63,443 bases of DNA, filler included, from Craspedostauros australis (GCA_030167865.1; 12 parts of 12 records of this genome joined end to end with filler, not necessarily neighbours in it), one strand, 5' to 3'; counted from the whole stretch's first letter, positions 47,753-60,887 are shown. Notes: generated by a model from the letters alone, not told the origin. Numbers and translations: made by a program.

Positions 47753-48965
47753 GGACACGTTGGACATGTTTGGGTTGATGGTTGGGAAGAGGGATGAGCC
47801 TGCGGGTGAGGGCAGTGGCAGAATCAGTGCCGTCATTAGTGCCGTCATCGACATGCTGATGTTGGATTCCCGAGTTGATCAATGTCTGAATGGACGGAAC
47901 AGTGACCATGAGGACTCCGGAGTTTGCTTTGATTGGCTGTTGTTCGTCGCCTTGTCCGCACAGGAAGGTGATGTCTGCCTTGGCCTCAGAACGAACAGCG
48001 CTGCGACGATCTTGGTCGATGCTGATGTTGGTTGTTGTGTGGATTTTAGGATTGTCGTGCTTGGTTGGTGTTGTGATGGTGTTTGTGTGGCTTTGCTTGT
48101 GCACCTGCGTCTCTGTTTGCAGCTGCGTCTGCAGTTGCAAGTTGCGTTGACTGAGATGACCGAGACGCTTCATGATTGATCTCATCATCTTGACCTGCTT
48201 GTTCGCAATGAATACATCGATGGGTGTTTTGATTTTGTTGTTTTGGATGTCGATATTGACCTTGGTTGATTCGATGAGGTATTTGACGCATTTAGAATTG
48301 CCACCGGCGCATGCATAGTGAAGTGGAGTGTTGCCATCGATGTTCTTGCAGTTGACATCGGCGTTGGTTGATCTGATGAGGTACTTGACACATTCAGAAC
48401 GGCCGTTGGCGCATGCCTCATGAAGGGGAGTGTTGCCATAGTTGTTCTTGCAGTTGACATCGGCGTTGGTTGATTCGATGAGGTACTTGACACATTCCAG
48501 GCTGCCGTTAGCGCATGCTCGATGAAGTGGAGTGTCGCCATCGTTGGCTTTGCAGTTGACATCGGCGTTGCATGTTTCGATGAGGTACTTGGCACACTCC
48601 AGGCTGCCTCTGACGCATGCCCCATGAAGTGGAGTGTAGCCATTGTTGGCTTTGCAGTTGACATCGGCGTTGCATGTTTCGATGAGGTACTTCACACACT
48701 CCAGGCTGCCTCTGACGCATGCCCCATGAAGTGGAGTGTAGCCATCGTTGTTCTTGCAGTTGACATCGGCGTTGGCTGATTCGATGAGGTACTTCACACA
48801 TTCCAGGCGGCCGTTGGCGCATGCCCAATGAAGGGGAGTCCAACCATAGCCGTCTTTGACCGTGTTGACATCACGTCCTTCGTTCTGCTCCTTCCATTCC
48901 TTCAACACCGACAGATCACCTGTCTTGGCAGCGTCAAGGAGTTGTTCGTCTGAGACATTCGGCAT
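47753..48965 (-). CDS. Ankyrin-repeat protein (6 near-identical 34-aa repeats) with a short coiled coil and the start of a BTB domain (3' truncated)
   Basis: GxTPLHxACxxGxLECVKYLIE x6 as 102-bp units; ADITFLCG...IKANSGVL...IPLPN resembles a BTB N-terminus. Confidence 0.9.
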
Positions 48966-49545
48966 GTTGGTCGTTGGTTGTTGAGCTGTTGGTAGACAAA
49001 CAATTGCTGGATGATTGCTCAATGTGTTCACGGTCTTATGATGAAGATGCTGACTGATGGTATGAGACCAGACTGCTGCAAGGAATAGCAAGGTTGTCGT
49101 TGTCTTGTTCGCACGTTCTGTTTCTCTGTTCCATGATCGCACTCATCACGAATCATCAATCAAGCAGGCTTTTGCATCAGAGTGTTTGACCCGATCGACT
49201 CAACAGGCTGGATGCACGACCCACGTATGGTACTCAAACAGGCCAATCAACGAACAGATGGCACACTGCCCTTTCCTGACACTAGGCCTAATAGGGACAG
49301 GCCAACTAGAACTATCAACAACAACAACAACCATGCAAGGCCAACATCAGAAAGTCACAACACAAGCACATAAGATCACAGGAATTCATCAGTCACTGTC
49401 GTCGCATGATCACGGCGCACAGTACTGCATGAAACTTCACTGCTGATCTCCTCTCTTCCTTTTTGGTTGTCCTCGTCATGTCCGGCCTCCAGGACCTCTC
49501 TCGCCGCTTCGCCGACTCCCTCTTCGAGAACGATGGTGGTGGGGG

Positions 49546-50928
49546 TGTTGGCAAGTTCCGCTCACGGTAACCTACGATCGTGGAAGATGGTGTTGGTTGA
49601 TAGTCATCTGTTTGCTATTTCATTACTTGGCTACTCCGATGCTCTCGGTGTACGCCCATTCTCTTGCCCGATGCTCTCGGCGCTTCAATCTGTTTCGTAG
49701 ATTCAGTCTCCGATTATGAGTCGGTACGCGAGATGCTCTCTCGCTCTTCTCTGTATTCTCTCTCTCTCTCTCTCTCAACATCGTGTGCTCGTGCTACACG
49801 ATACTCCGTGTTCGATGCGTACTCCGCATTCAACACTCCGTTCATTCAGTACTGGCTCCTACTCCATGAGTACTTACCATTTGAAGTTCACCTTCTGTAT
49901 CCATGNNNNNNNNNNNNNNNNNNNNNNNNNNNNNNNNNNNNNNNNNNNNNNNNNNTCTCCGTACGTGCAATCATCGCGGTGTCGATGTTGCCATTTCCAA
50001 GAGGAGACATCAATTTCGTGACGGTCGGAGAGAGAGTTTTGTTGTTCACTCTCTTCCGATCAATTTGGGGGAACAAGGTTCATCCAACGGTTTGACCCGA
50101 TTGTCCGTTCAGGACAGGTCATGTCANNNNNNNNNNNNNNNNNNNNNNNNNNNNNNNNNNNNNNNNNNNNNNNNNNNNNNNNNNNNNNNNNNNNNNNNNN
50201 NNNNNNNNNNNNNNNNNNNNNNNNNNNNNNNNNNNNNNGAGTCACGCTTCAATCCCGCTCAAACTCTGAGCAGTCGGTCATTTGACTAACTAGACTAAAT
50301 CTTAACACGACTAATAGGAATACTAGTTTGAGCTAATAGTATTCTCTCTCTCTCTCTCAACATCGTGTGCTCGTGCTACACGATACTCCGTGTTCGATGC
50401 GTGCTCCGCATTCAACACTCCGTTCATTCAGTACTGGCTCCTACTCCATGAGTACTTACCATTTGAAGTTCACCTTCTGTATCCATGATCCTGATGCCCT
50501 TCGGTCATCGGATCTTCGCCTCCTGCTCTGACTTGGAGACAGATGTCGACGTGGTGACACGATGACATCCTGTCGACGTCAGTAGGCGTCCTTCTGTTCT
50601 CCAGATGTCATGTTCCATTGGTGATGCATGAGTCTGTCAGATGATATCGTCATCTGAGGCTTAGTTGGGAAGTACCTCGAGATTCTCTTGGTACCTTTGA
50701 TGGATGGACGGACGATCTTCCAATTCTCTCAGAAATCGTTATTTGCAAATTTCCTCCAGAAATCTTGCTTCTTTTCGTGTGTTCCATTTCCGCTGTAATT
50801 CTGACGAATCACAGTATACTATCGACACGAATGTAGTTATACCGTCCAAGTGCGTATGAGAGAATAACGGGTGAACGATGCACATATACACGTACATCTC
50901 GACATATACTCACATGTACATCTCGACA
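49546..50928 (-). repeat. Family A LTR sequence in two overlapping pieces (49546-49905 and 50339-50928) separated by gaps and unrelated sequence
   Basis: Reverse complement starts TGTCGAG at 50928 and ends GCCAACA at 49546. Confidence 0.9.
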
Positions 50929-52339
50929 CGCTCAAACTCATCATCATTGAGGCCAGAGAATCCAATCGATTCCTTTGTCCTGATGTTCTCATGAATCTGT
51001 TGTGCCCATTGCACATCACCAGGGATGTGCGACGATCCAGTTGGCTTGGTGCGAAGCGCAAGCAGCTGGAACTTGCGCTTGCATCCTGTGGCGTTGCGTC
51101 GCCAAGTTGGTTCAATCCCAACACACTCTGCAACAACTGCATCCCACATGTCGCGTCCCACAGGGAGGATGCGACCCACCGTCGCGAGCAAGAGGTGGAT
51201 TTCTTTGTCGGTCCACTTGGTGGATCCGATCTTTCGACCTTTGGGTCTGGAGAGATCTGCGCTAGCCACAGGCGCTGTGATGACAATGGGCACATCCGTA
51301 TTACCAGATTCACTGGGCGCGGAGCACCAAGAAGATTCAGATGTGATGGATCCTGTTTGGTTGGCCCCTCGCCAGAGTTGGGCTGCAAGGATCAATGGTA
51401 GTGGAGAGCATCCAGGCCAGAGCTTCTTCTGTGGTGTCATGCAAAGGGAGGCGAGGATGTTGCTGCCACGTTCGTCTTCCACGCCTTCGCAGTGATTGAT
51501 ACCAGCGATGACTCGCTCAAGTGGTGGTACCTCCTTCGGTGGAGCGATGCCAGTGACGAAGACTCGGTAAAACCAAGCGACATCGTCATGGTAGGATCGA
51601 CCTTCGGAGGAAGGACGGAAGAGATCTTCACAGGAGTATGGTGTCGGTGTCATGGTGATGACAATGAGACGGCAGGTGGATGGATTGTAAGAATGGGTGG
51701 ATGGATGGATCAATCGAGGGTGAACGCGAAGTATGTGTCAATTTTCCGGATGTATGGACCGATCGATGCATTGCTGTGCTCCGTGGATGGTGGAGCAGAT
51801 ACAGGGAAAGCAAATTGGAGGATGAAGGAAAGCAGACATGCAACGACGATGCGAATTAACCACCACATGAAGGGGACGGCGATGGACAGAGGAAGAAAGG
51901 ACCAGACTGATTCCACGAAAAGCATGGATGTGGACTTCATGGAGGCAACACAGGACGGTTGTCGACAATTGGGTCAACAGTACCGCATTTCAAATCCAAC
52001 GCATCCGCGCTAAGTATATTCAGAATTAAGACCAACAATACATGAAAGATGCAATACATAGACGATCGAAAGACACCCTGGCGCGTATGGAACGCCAGCA
52101 AGTTGGAAGCACATGAAGAACATCTGAAGTAGTTAGGGAAACACCTCAGCAATCGGAGGCAAGAAAGCCATGAAGAGCACCATGGCGCCAACCAGTAAAT
52201 CCAGATCGAAACGTGGATATTATACACGACTCAAAACGATATATCGAGTCGATGTCCTTAACGGGACTAAGATCGTGACTCGGGATAGGGGCGCGCCAGC
52301 CTTGCCAGTTTTGAAATTAGGAGCCACGCAAAAACCTCC
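50929..52339 (-). mobile_element. PHIS/Harbinger-type element end with a Myb/SANT-like (DUF6818-like) ORF (51653 to 50929), interrupted by the Copia A LTR
   Basis: KWTDKEIHLLL...ILPVGRDMWDAV...CKRKFQLL...KPTG; terminus 52309-52339 matches the TIR of 54277-57787 at 23 of 31 nt and is followed by ACT. Confidence 0.7.
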
Positions 52340-52706
52340 ACTAAGGGGGCGCTCTATAGAGCCTGTTTCCGCGTAACTTGCCAGTCGTGACGAACAGAAA
52401 AACGATGTTTGGGAGAAAGTGATACTGCGATGATCGGGAGACGATACAGGTATCGTCGTCCTGTTGTGCTCTGATTAAGTCAAATAATCGTCATTTTCCA
52501 CACCACCTTGGCATAATGTTTGACTCTGACACAATACGTCATTGGAAATACCTTTATGTCTGCCACACAATAACTGTCTCAAAGTGTACTATACGATCTA
52601 CGGAGGCACTGTAACATGGACGATGCTAAACTCTCGCCCCGGTACATGCATGCCACACTAGAGTACGGACCCACTGCAATCGACCTTTATTCGTCGCTCG
52701 TACTGC

Positions 52707-53996
52707 CTACTCTTCGATCTTCATCATTTGACGGATCTTGCGCTTCATAGATCCATCTCCCACGCCGTCGCAAGCGGAGAAGTATTGGTTCACGATGCGT
52801 TCGGGATCAAGGAAGAGCGGGGCGTTGTTGTACTCATTGTACAGCGACTCATTGGCCTCCATGCGCCGGATCAGATCGAGCGCTTCGTCTGGTCTGGTGA
52901 CGTCGTAGTAGACGAACGACTTTGGATTGAAGATGTCGTGAACGACGCGGGAACCTGTGTAGATCGGCAGGCATCCGCCGCGGAAGCCGGTCATCAACTT
53001 CTCGGTGATGTATCCCGAATGACCAACCACATTCTCCATGACCAAGCAGTATTTGTATTGACCCATCGTCTGGAAGTTGTTGCCGAGGCTCCCCCTGCTT
53101 CCCATCACGGTGTCGGGAAATAGGCTGTTGTTGCGCATCGGCACACTGGGCTTGCACTGGCCGTGATAGACATCGAGGAATTCCGACAACCGTCGTGCGG
53201 CCTCGTCGCGAAAGGCGACGCAGTTGGTGTTCTTGTACAACACGCCATTGATTTGACGCGTGGAGTTTCGGCGCACGCCAATCTCCGGATGCAAGATCGG
53301 ATCCAAGTCGGGCGAGGGTTTGCCCAGCGCCGCTTTCGTCATGTAATACATCTGGTACGAGTTGTCTCGCTGCAGATGCGAGATGGGACCGATTTGATAG
53401 AAGCGGTCGCCGATGTCCTGCGGCGAGAACTTTTCCCAAATATCGCCGTGCGACTCGGCGTTGTAGAACAGGATCTTGCCGGGACGCTGGCTGTCAGGCT
53501 TCTGCTTGGCTTTCTTGCCCCACAGCATTTTGCCACCTCCAGGCACTGGGCTGTGCATATCGCTCACCACAATGTCGTTGGGAGTCAGCGGCGTCTCCTC
53601 CTTCCAATCGCCGCTGAAATTAAAGTCGGGGAACAGGCACAACGTGATGGGCTTGCTCCAGGCCCCGGTCACGTAGACCCGACCCGGTTCCATCAGCATC
53701 CTGGGTGTGTGCTCGGATGATTCGACGGCTTCCGCATGATCGGCCGTCGAGTTCATGGCACACGCTGGACCAACGTACTTCTGCATGGTCGCGGTGGAGA
53801 AGATCATCCTGGTGCGCGCGTTCCCAAGCACCAAGTTGATGATGATGATGACGATGACGATGACGATGAGCATGGCAAAGGATGATCTTCTCCACCGCGA
53901 GTTGCTCTTCGTCTTTCGGGATGCTCGCCGTGTCCTTCGGGATGCTCGCCGTGTCCTTCCTTCATCTGCGTCTGTTGGGTTTGTTTTTCCCATCAT
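52707..53996 (-). CDS. Alpha-1,3/4-fucosyltransferase-like (GT10), type II membrane protein
   Basis: YKYCLVMEN...GYITEKL...GCLPIYTG GT10 motif; basic N-terminal tail then LIVIVIVIIIINLVL transmembrane helix. Confidence 0.9.
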   Translation of the reverse strand: MMGKTNPTDADEGRTRRASRRTRRASRKTKSNSRWRRSSFAMLIVIVIVIIIINLVLGNARTRMIFSTATMQKYVGPACAMNSTADHAEAVESSEHTPRMLMEPGRVYVTGAWSKPITLCLFPDFNFSGDWKEETPLTPNDIVVSDMHSPVPGGGKMLWGKKAKQKPDSQRPGKILFYNAESHGDIWEKFSPQDIGDRFYQIGPISHLQRDNSYQMYYMTKAALGKPSPDLDPILHPEIGVRRNSTRQINGVLYKNTNCVAFRDEAARRLSEFLDVYHGQCKPSVPMRNNSLFPDTVMGSRGSLGNNFQTMGQYKYCLVMENVVGHSGYITEKLMTGFRGGCLPIYTGSRVVHDIFNPKSFVYYDVTRPDEALDLIRRMEANESLYNEYNNAPLFLDPERIVNQYFSACDGVGDGSMKRKIRQMMKIEE

Positions 53997-54276
53997 GCCA
54001 TGTCGCAAACCAGCAGGATCTCTGTATGGAGACGATTCGGCGAATGTAAGTATGGAAGTGTGTGTGGGAACAAGAGGAAGAGGAAGGGCAGAAGGAGGAG
54101 TATTGCAACGTAGGTATGTATAGTGAGTGGTACGTAACTTGATGTAATTGATCGGTTGTGTCAAAGTGCACAAGTAACTACAGTAGACGTATTTGTGCAG
54201 GTTTTTCACGTGACCGGAGGTGTTGGGGGGTGAAACCTGTCTGTTCTGAAAATTATGACTGTGCGGATCGGTCATT

Positions 54277-57200
54277 GGAGGTGGTTGTAAGGGTCATAAT
54301 TTCATAACCCGTCAGCCTCGTTCACCCCGATTTCAAGTCACGACCATCAGTCCCGTATCCAAATCTGCCCCCAAGACTAAATCAGTGCTCGTCAATCCAT
54401 TGATTCCTTCCATGCATCAGCATTTCTCTCCATGACCACTTTCCTTGTGTGACCCCATTCAGGGTTATCTTGTCATCACTTGCGGATTGCTAAGATAAGC
54501 ATCAAGTTCATCCTATTATGTTGTGGGGAGTATAGGATATTTTTATACCATAGGATGAGTCACTGTGCTCCATTGTATTATATAATATTATGCTCCGAAG
54601 TATTTGCAGTGTTGCTGTTGCCGTGAATAATAATAACTCAAGGATTACATTAGAAATGTGCCATAAGGCTTTACCCTCGCTGCCGCAAGCCCCGTAGGGC
54701 CGTGCTTTGAGCGAGCTGTCGTGTGTCGTCTGCTATGAAAGCCCCAACCAAGCCGCCAACGCCCGCCTCTCGGCGTGCATCGACCGCGATCGTCGCCGCG
54801 CTCTCACCGCCGCGTGAACGGCGATCATAGAGTTCACCCACTGTTGCATTTGAACCTTGGTGCCATGTTCGATATGTCGGCCCTCACGGAACAAACGCAT
54901 CTCCGCTTCGGTCATATCCTGACTCGCACCCTGGATCATTCAGCGGACCTTGCGTCGCTGGTCCTGGACCGAGGGGTGCATCTCTTCGTCATGCACTTTG
55001 GCATTCCGCGCCAGCCATACTTCCCACGGGATTCTCCAAATCCATCGTACAATATCTCAGGCCCAAGCATTGGCGTCTGGGTAATGACACTCATGCATCA
55101 TCATCCAGTGGGCCTGATGGAGAGCCCAGTCCTCGTGGATAAACCCCATTCTGAGGGGGTACCACCCGATGTTGCTTTGCGCGTCGTTGGATCGTGCATT
55201 CCTTCTCCATCTCACAAGACCGACCCGCATGCGCTGGACCAGCCTTGGGGCGGTCCCAATCTGAACCATGCGATCGATTAGGCCAGAAGTGGCCCCATCC
55301 CATGCTTCCTGATGCTCCGGGCAACGGAGAACGTGTTGAGTGGTCTCATCGCTGGCACAGAACTTGCATTTCGGCGACTGCAGCTGGCCTGTCTGATGAA
55401 GTTTGTGGTTGACGCCCACAAAGCCCGAGGCCCACTTGGAGATGAAACACGTGGACCCACGGTTCATCTTGGATTGTCGCGCCGTCTTGTATGTACGCCA
55501 GTCGATCTGGCGAAGCTGCTGCTGCTGTTGCCGTGAATGTAGACGTGAACATGTAGGGATGCCAAAAATAACCCTGTGCTACTTGACACAACACGCACAA
55601 GGGAGGAAACGCACAACAGAGCCCAATCGTCCACAACATGAGGAATCAACACGNNNNNNNNNNNNNNNNNNNNNNNNNNNNNNNNNNNNNNNNNNNNNNN
55701 NNNAACCATGCGATCGATTAGGCCAGAAGTGGCCCCATCCCATGCTTCCTGATGCTCCGGGCAACGGAGAACGTGTTGAGTGGTCTCATCGCTGGCACAG
55801 AACTTGCATTTCGGCGACTGCAGCTGGCCTGTCTGATGAAGTTTGTGGTTGACGCCCACAAAGCCCGAGGCCCACTTGGAGATGAAACACGTGGACCCAC
55901 GGTTCATCTTGGATTGTCGCGCCGTCTTGTATGTACGCCAGTCGATCTGGCGAAGCTGCTGCTGCTGTTGCCGTGAATGTAGACGTGAACNNNNNNNNNN
56001 NNNNNNNNNAACCCTGTGCTACTTGACACAACACGCACAAGGGAGGAAACGCACAACAGAGCCCAATCGTCCACAACATGAGGAATCAACACGACACTGA
56101 AGCTGTCACAGCATCCCTACCCACTCTGTTGGATACCATCGCAGTCTCATATCGACCAACAATGACAGCATCATTCTCGTCCACAGTGAGGACAAGCCAT
56201 GTATTAGTGTTGTAAGAGCTATCTAAATATATCTAACCCTAGTGGACAACATGCTACATAGCTTGCTAAAATGTCATGTTGTCCAATTCAACATTGACAG
56301 GATTATGCTCGACCTCGCTGAATGGGGTCGTATGTTGACACATTCACAGCTTCAGTGTCGCANATCTCTTGCTGCTTCACACAANNCACAAATACATGTG
56401 TCTTGCCTAAGTGCAGTTTTCAACTGCCATAAACCAGATGAATGTGTTTGTATGTACATATGTGTCGCTCCGTGCCATCCGCAGTTCATCTCCATACTAC
56501 TCTCCAAGCGTCGTCGCTTTCCTGCTTCTCTCTGTCTTCCTTTCTCCATTGGCTGTGCTGCTGGTGTCCACTCCTTCATTCATTGAACACTCAACTTACC
56601 TATCCCAACCATCGCAGCATTCAGTGCAATCATTTGCTCACCAATCGTCTCATTGTTAATGCTTTGATGATACAAATGGCCATTGTAGCTTCCCACTCGC
56701 ACCTTCTTTGCTTCTGGGTATCATTGATGCATTCCACATCTTCCTTTGCTTTCTTCTCAAGAGCCATTGCTTCGTATGTCAGGTTACAATTGTCATCCAC
56801 AGTCCCTGTTTCGCGAGAGTGCTCTTCCGTTGCCTCAACTTCAGCCTTCACCATGTCCATTGCTCCCTTCGTCCTCCAAGATCTCTTTCGACCTTCCAAC
56901 GAAGGCAGATCCTACCAGAAATGGTTCTTCAATTCTGACTTGGAAGTCAGATACTTCATTGCAATGGCAGTGACATCGATGTAGTCGAATTTACAACAGC
57001 GAATATATGATGGTCGTGGTGGTGCCATGTCTCACAGATCGACGGGCAACGCTTCAATGCTGGTCTATAGCAGTTATGCCAATCGATCGAACAATGACCT
57101 GGTAAGCCCGATGAAGTCGTAGAACTCCATGGAGTCACTATACTCTGAAATCAAAGACCTGGAAGATAATGCTTGATGATGGAAGATGCTTGAGCTGAGG

Positions 57201-57787
57201 TACCGACCCCTTCGCACACTTGTTGGCATGGTGTTGAGGATGCAGTGTGCCGCAGCACACATGAGGAGGCGCTGCTGTGCAGCAAGATGCTTGAGAATGA
57301 CAAGGATGACAGAAATCAAGGCAGCATGGTGCCGGCGATGATACTGGGGGGTGGAAGTCATGATGGAGGGGGAAGATATGATCCGCTGGGGTTCACCAGA
57401 TGATAAATACAGAGTTACACTAGGTGCATGTAAAGAAGGAGTTGAACTGCAACAGAGAGTTGCGATGCAATGGGTGGGCACGAATAATCAATTTGCAGTA
57501 GAGCACATCGGATCAATCTGGTGTGAGCACAAAGTTTTGCTCTGATGCAGCCGTTGAGAACGAATTTTGGACTACCACGACTCATCAGAGAGATTATGAA
57601 ATTATGAACGGTCTCCGAGGAGCGTTCATATTCGCGGACAATGAGTTCATAATTATCTCGATTGACGTTATGTCGACGTTGACCCCCAATTCAACGAGGA
57701 GCCGAAAGGTATCTTGTGCCCTAAATGGAGCGAGATGATTGGTCGAGAGGCCCAGATTATGAAATTATGACCCTTACAACCACCTCC
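54277..57787. mobile_element. Internally deleted PHIS/Harbinger-superfamily DNA transposon with perfect 31-bp TIRs and ATT TSD
   Basis: GGAGGTGGTTGTAAGGGTCATAATTTCATAA at 54277-54307 and its exact reverse complement at 57757-57787; ATT on both outer sides; transposase-like N-terminal remnant 57361-56920(-) (EFYDFIGLTRSLFDRL...KFDYIDVTAIAMKYLTS); ORF2 stub at 56853(+). Confidence 0.88.
54629..55522 (-). mobile_element. 5'-truncated copy of the Ambal-like LINE with (TTA)n tail and 16-bp TSD
   Basis: Homologous to about 13685-14570; TGCTGTTGCCGTGAAT at 54613-54628 and 55523-55538. Confidence 0.95.
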
Positions 57788-58382
57788 ATTTGCTCAACAA
57801 GGATCCTACTCGTTGTTTGTGCCGTATCGTCTGTCCATCGACACTCTTCGTTCTGATTCGGCCAGATTCGGGAATTGGCACTAAATCTGCACAGTATTGA
57901 TCCGTTGTTGCGTGCCCTGGTCGGAGCTCTTGTTCTTTATGACCCCACTTAGTGAGTCGACCTGCACTTTGTTACGAGACTCCAGAACTTTTGTCTCAGA
58001 TATCCAAACAACGTACATATTCGTATTCTCCTACCTCTCTTTATACATAATTAACCATTACATTTTTGAGATAGATCCTATTTTAAGTTTTATGGACCCG
58101 TCAATGTGCGCATTTTTAGACTGCTTTAGGGACTCGGCCGTCTCCTACCGACTACATCGATCCAATTTAACCCTTTGCTGTTCTTCGTTTCAGCAAGGTT
58201 GTTCCGATTTTGAATTGTTTAGTCTCTTTTTCAGGTGTTCGGATGAGACCATCCAACAGTCCATCCACGATAGCACTAGTTGNNNNNNNNNNNNNNNNNN
58301 NNNNNNNNNNNNNNNNNNNNNNNNNNTTAATTAATTAANNNNNNNNNNNNNNNNNNNNNNNNNNNNNNNNNNNNNNNNNNNN

Positions 58383-60887
58383 CGATTCGACTCAGTGGAG
58401 GACGCCGTGAGGGTCTCTCTCTCCAACGTCTTGGAAGCCGTGCAGGTGCGAATCAATGGCGCCATCTTGTGCTACGACGTGAGGAGGGAATCCATTCGGG
58501 AGAGAGCCTACTGCTTGGGAACCCGAGAGCTCTACTACATGCTCACCCAAATTGGGTTTGATGGAGCATACGACATATCGCTCAAGATCGTGGTCATCAA
58601 CGAGCTGCTCGAAGAGAAAGGACTACCACTACTCCCCAAGCACCTCATNTTGAGNATGAGCCGCTTNTGTACCCAACGCGTCTCATGGATGAGAGGCTGG
58701 GACGACACCGAAGTAAGAGACGGCTTGGAGTGCCCGGAACTCCCAAANGTCAGACCNATGGCAGGAAGCCCGGAATACAAATTCGAGCTGATGGAACACT
58801 TCGAACAAGCAAGGTTCGGACACGAAATGGCCATGGTGATCGAAGATCACGATTCGAGTGAGAGCAACCGCGAGCTGGTTGCATCAGACCAACATGAAGC
58901 TAACACATGGTTGGGGGATACCGGCGCGTCTTGCCACTTGACTAACAACGATGAGGGCATGACTAATGNNNNNNNNNNNNNNNNNNNNNNNNNNNNNNNN
59001 NNNNNNNNNNNNNNNNNNAGCGGAAAATTCCTCCGCGCCACCAAGGTCGGTGATCTACGCATGCGAGTGATGCAGAAGGACGGCAAGAGCGCCATCATCA
59101 TCTTGAAGGGAGTGCGTTACGTGCCTAAGCTCTGGGTCAACCTGTTGAGCATTGGCAAGGCACTCCATACTGGATTTAACATCAGTAACAAGGGCGTGAT
59201 CATTGCACTGGATAAGAATGGGCAGCGCATCCGATTCGATCGGATCATGGCAACTCACAGCGGATTCGTGCTCGGTGTGAACATGGTACCTGCCCCCAAG
59301 AGCGAAGAGATGGCGAACATCGGGCTTGACACAAAGAAGCCCATGGATGTGAATAAGCTCCATAAAATGCTAGGCCACGTTGACTCTTACACGATCTCCA
59401 GGACGGCGAGACAATNNNNNNNNNNNNNNNNNNNNNNNNNNNNNNNNNNNNNNNNNNNNNNNNNNNNNAAGGCGAAGCAAAAACGCCTGACCAAAACTCT
59501 CCAACTACGAGCGAAGAAGGTCGGAGAACGACTCTTCATGGATACTTCAAGTGTCCAAGCAACGAGCTTTGGACATGGAAAGTACTGGCTGCTGGTCATC
59601 GACAACTACAGTGACTACTGCTGGAGCTACTTCGTTAAAGAAAAGAGCAAAGTTGGTCCCAAACTACTATCCTTGTTGAAGTGGCTATCAGGCAATCAAC
59701 AAGTGACAGTGAAGAATGTCAGATGTGACAATGCCGGAGAGAACTACAGCGCAGAGGCNNNNNNNNNNNNNNNNNNNNNNNNNNNNNNNNNNNNNNNNNN
59801 NNNNNNNNNNNNNNNNNNNNNNNNNNNNNNNNNNNNNNNNNNNNNNNNNNNNNNNNNNNNNAAGGTCAGGTCAATGCTGAACCAGGCGCACCTACCGAGA
59901 CAACTGCGCGGCAAACTATGGGCAGAGGCAGCAAGGAACGCAACGCAAATCGAGAACATCATCGAGACTAAGTCGAGAGATCCTGCGTGCCTGCTACTCA
60001 ATGGAAAGACCCCAACCTACGCGAAAGGATTGCGTATCTTCGGGGAGATCGGAATGGTCTACATCGGCAGTCGCGCAATCAAAGCGAAACTGGATGACAG
60101 ATCCAAGCCAGCCATGTTCGTCGGATACGGACAGTCTCATGCAAATGGTGTATACCGCATGATGAATCTGGCAACCACGAGAATCCTAATCACCAGAGAC
60201 GTGACATGGATGAACCAGTCGTACGGGCAATTCAAAGGNGTTGAGAATGCCAACAGAACACAAATGGTGGATCTGGAAGACGACGACTTCGATGCCGGAG
60301 CAGCACTCCGCAATACGAAGGTTGCTTGGGAGCATGACACGAGTATCGCAAGAGAAGCGAAGGCCGTATCATCTGATCGAAGCAGAGATCCCGGAACCGA
60401 CTACGAAGAAACCGCAGGCTATGCATCGAAGCAAGATGAACTGCTACCTTCCCAAGGGGACCAACCATCGGACGATGAAGACGACGATGAATCCGGAAGG
60501 GACGACACACGAGTGACTCGAAGACAAGCCGCCGAAGGCAGAGAGATCGAGCAACCCCCAGCAAGACCTGTGGCAAAGATGTCAAGGATGCTACGGGGTT
60601 TGGTCCCGNNCAACAATCCACCAGGATATGAATCCGACTCAGAATCAAGCAGTGGAGAGGATGAACCAGCTGAGACAGCTGAGACNANCCATGCAACCAC
60701 GGGCGAACGAGACTTCCATTCGAACATATCCATGTTCAATCGAGACGTGGCGAGTCTAATGATCGACACCACAGAAGGGAGAATGAGACTGGATGAATTC
60801 ATCGCAGCGAACCAACGAGTCGAGAGAGGGGATTGGAACGAGACATCCGAGCACGCATACACGGCTATGATGCTGGACCCAACCACC
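58383..60887 (+). mobile_element. Copia family D polyprotein fragment (protease, integrase), related to but divergent from family A
   Basis: WLGDTGASCHL; LHKMLGH; LFMDTS; RCDNAGEN; LRIFGEIG...KLDDRS...MFVGY. Confidence 0.93.

Noticed and set aside
49541..50933. Solo LTR with TSD
   Set aside because: Flanks differ (GGGGG versus CGCTC) and the interval has gaps and duplicated LTR parts.
53915..53956. In-frame 21-bp duplication (RTRRASR x2) in the fucosyltransferase tail
   Set aside because: Ordinary slippage in a low-complexity cytoplasmic tail.
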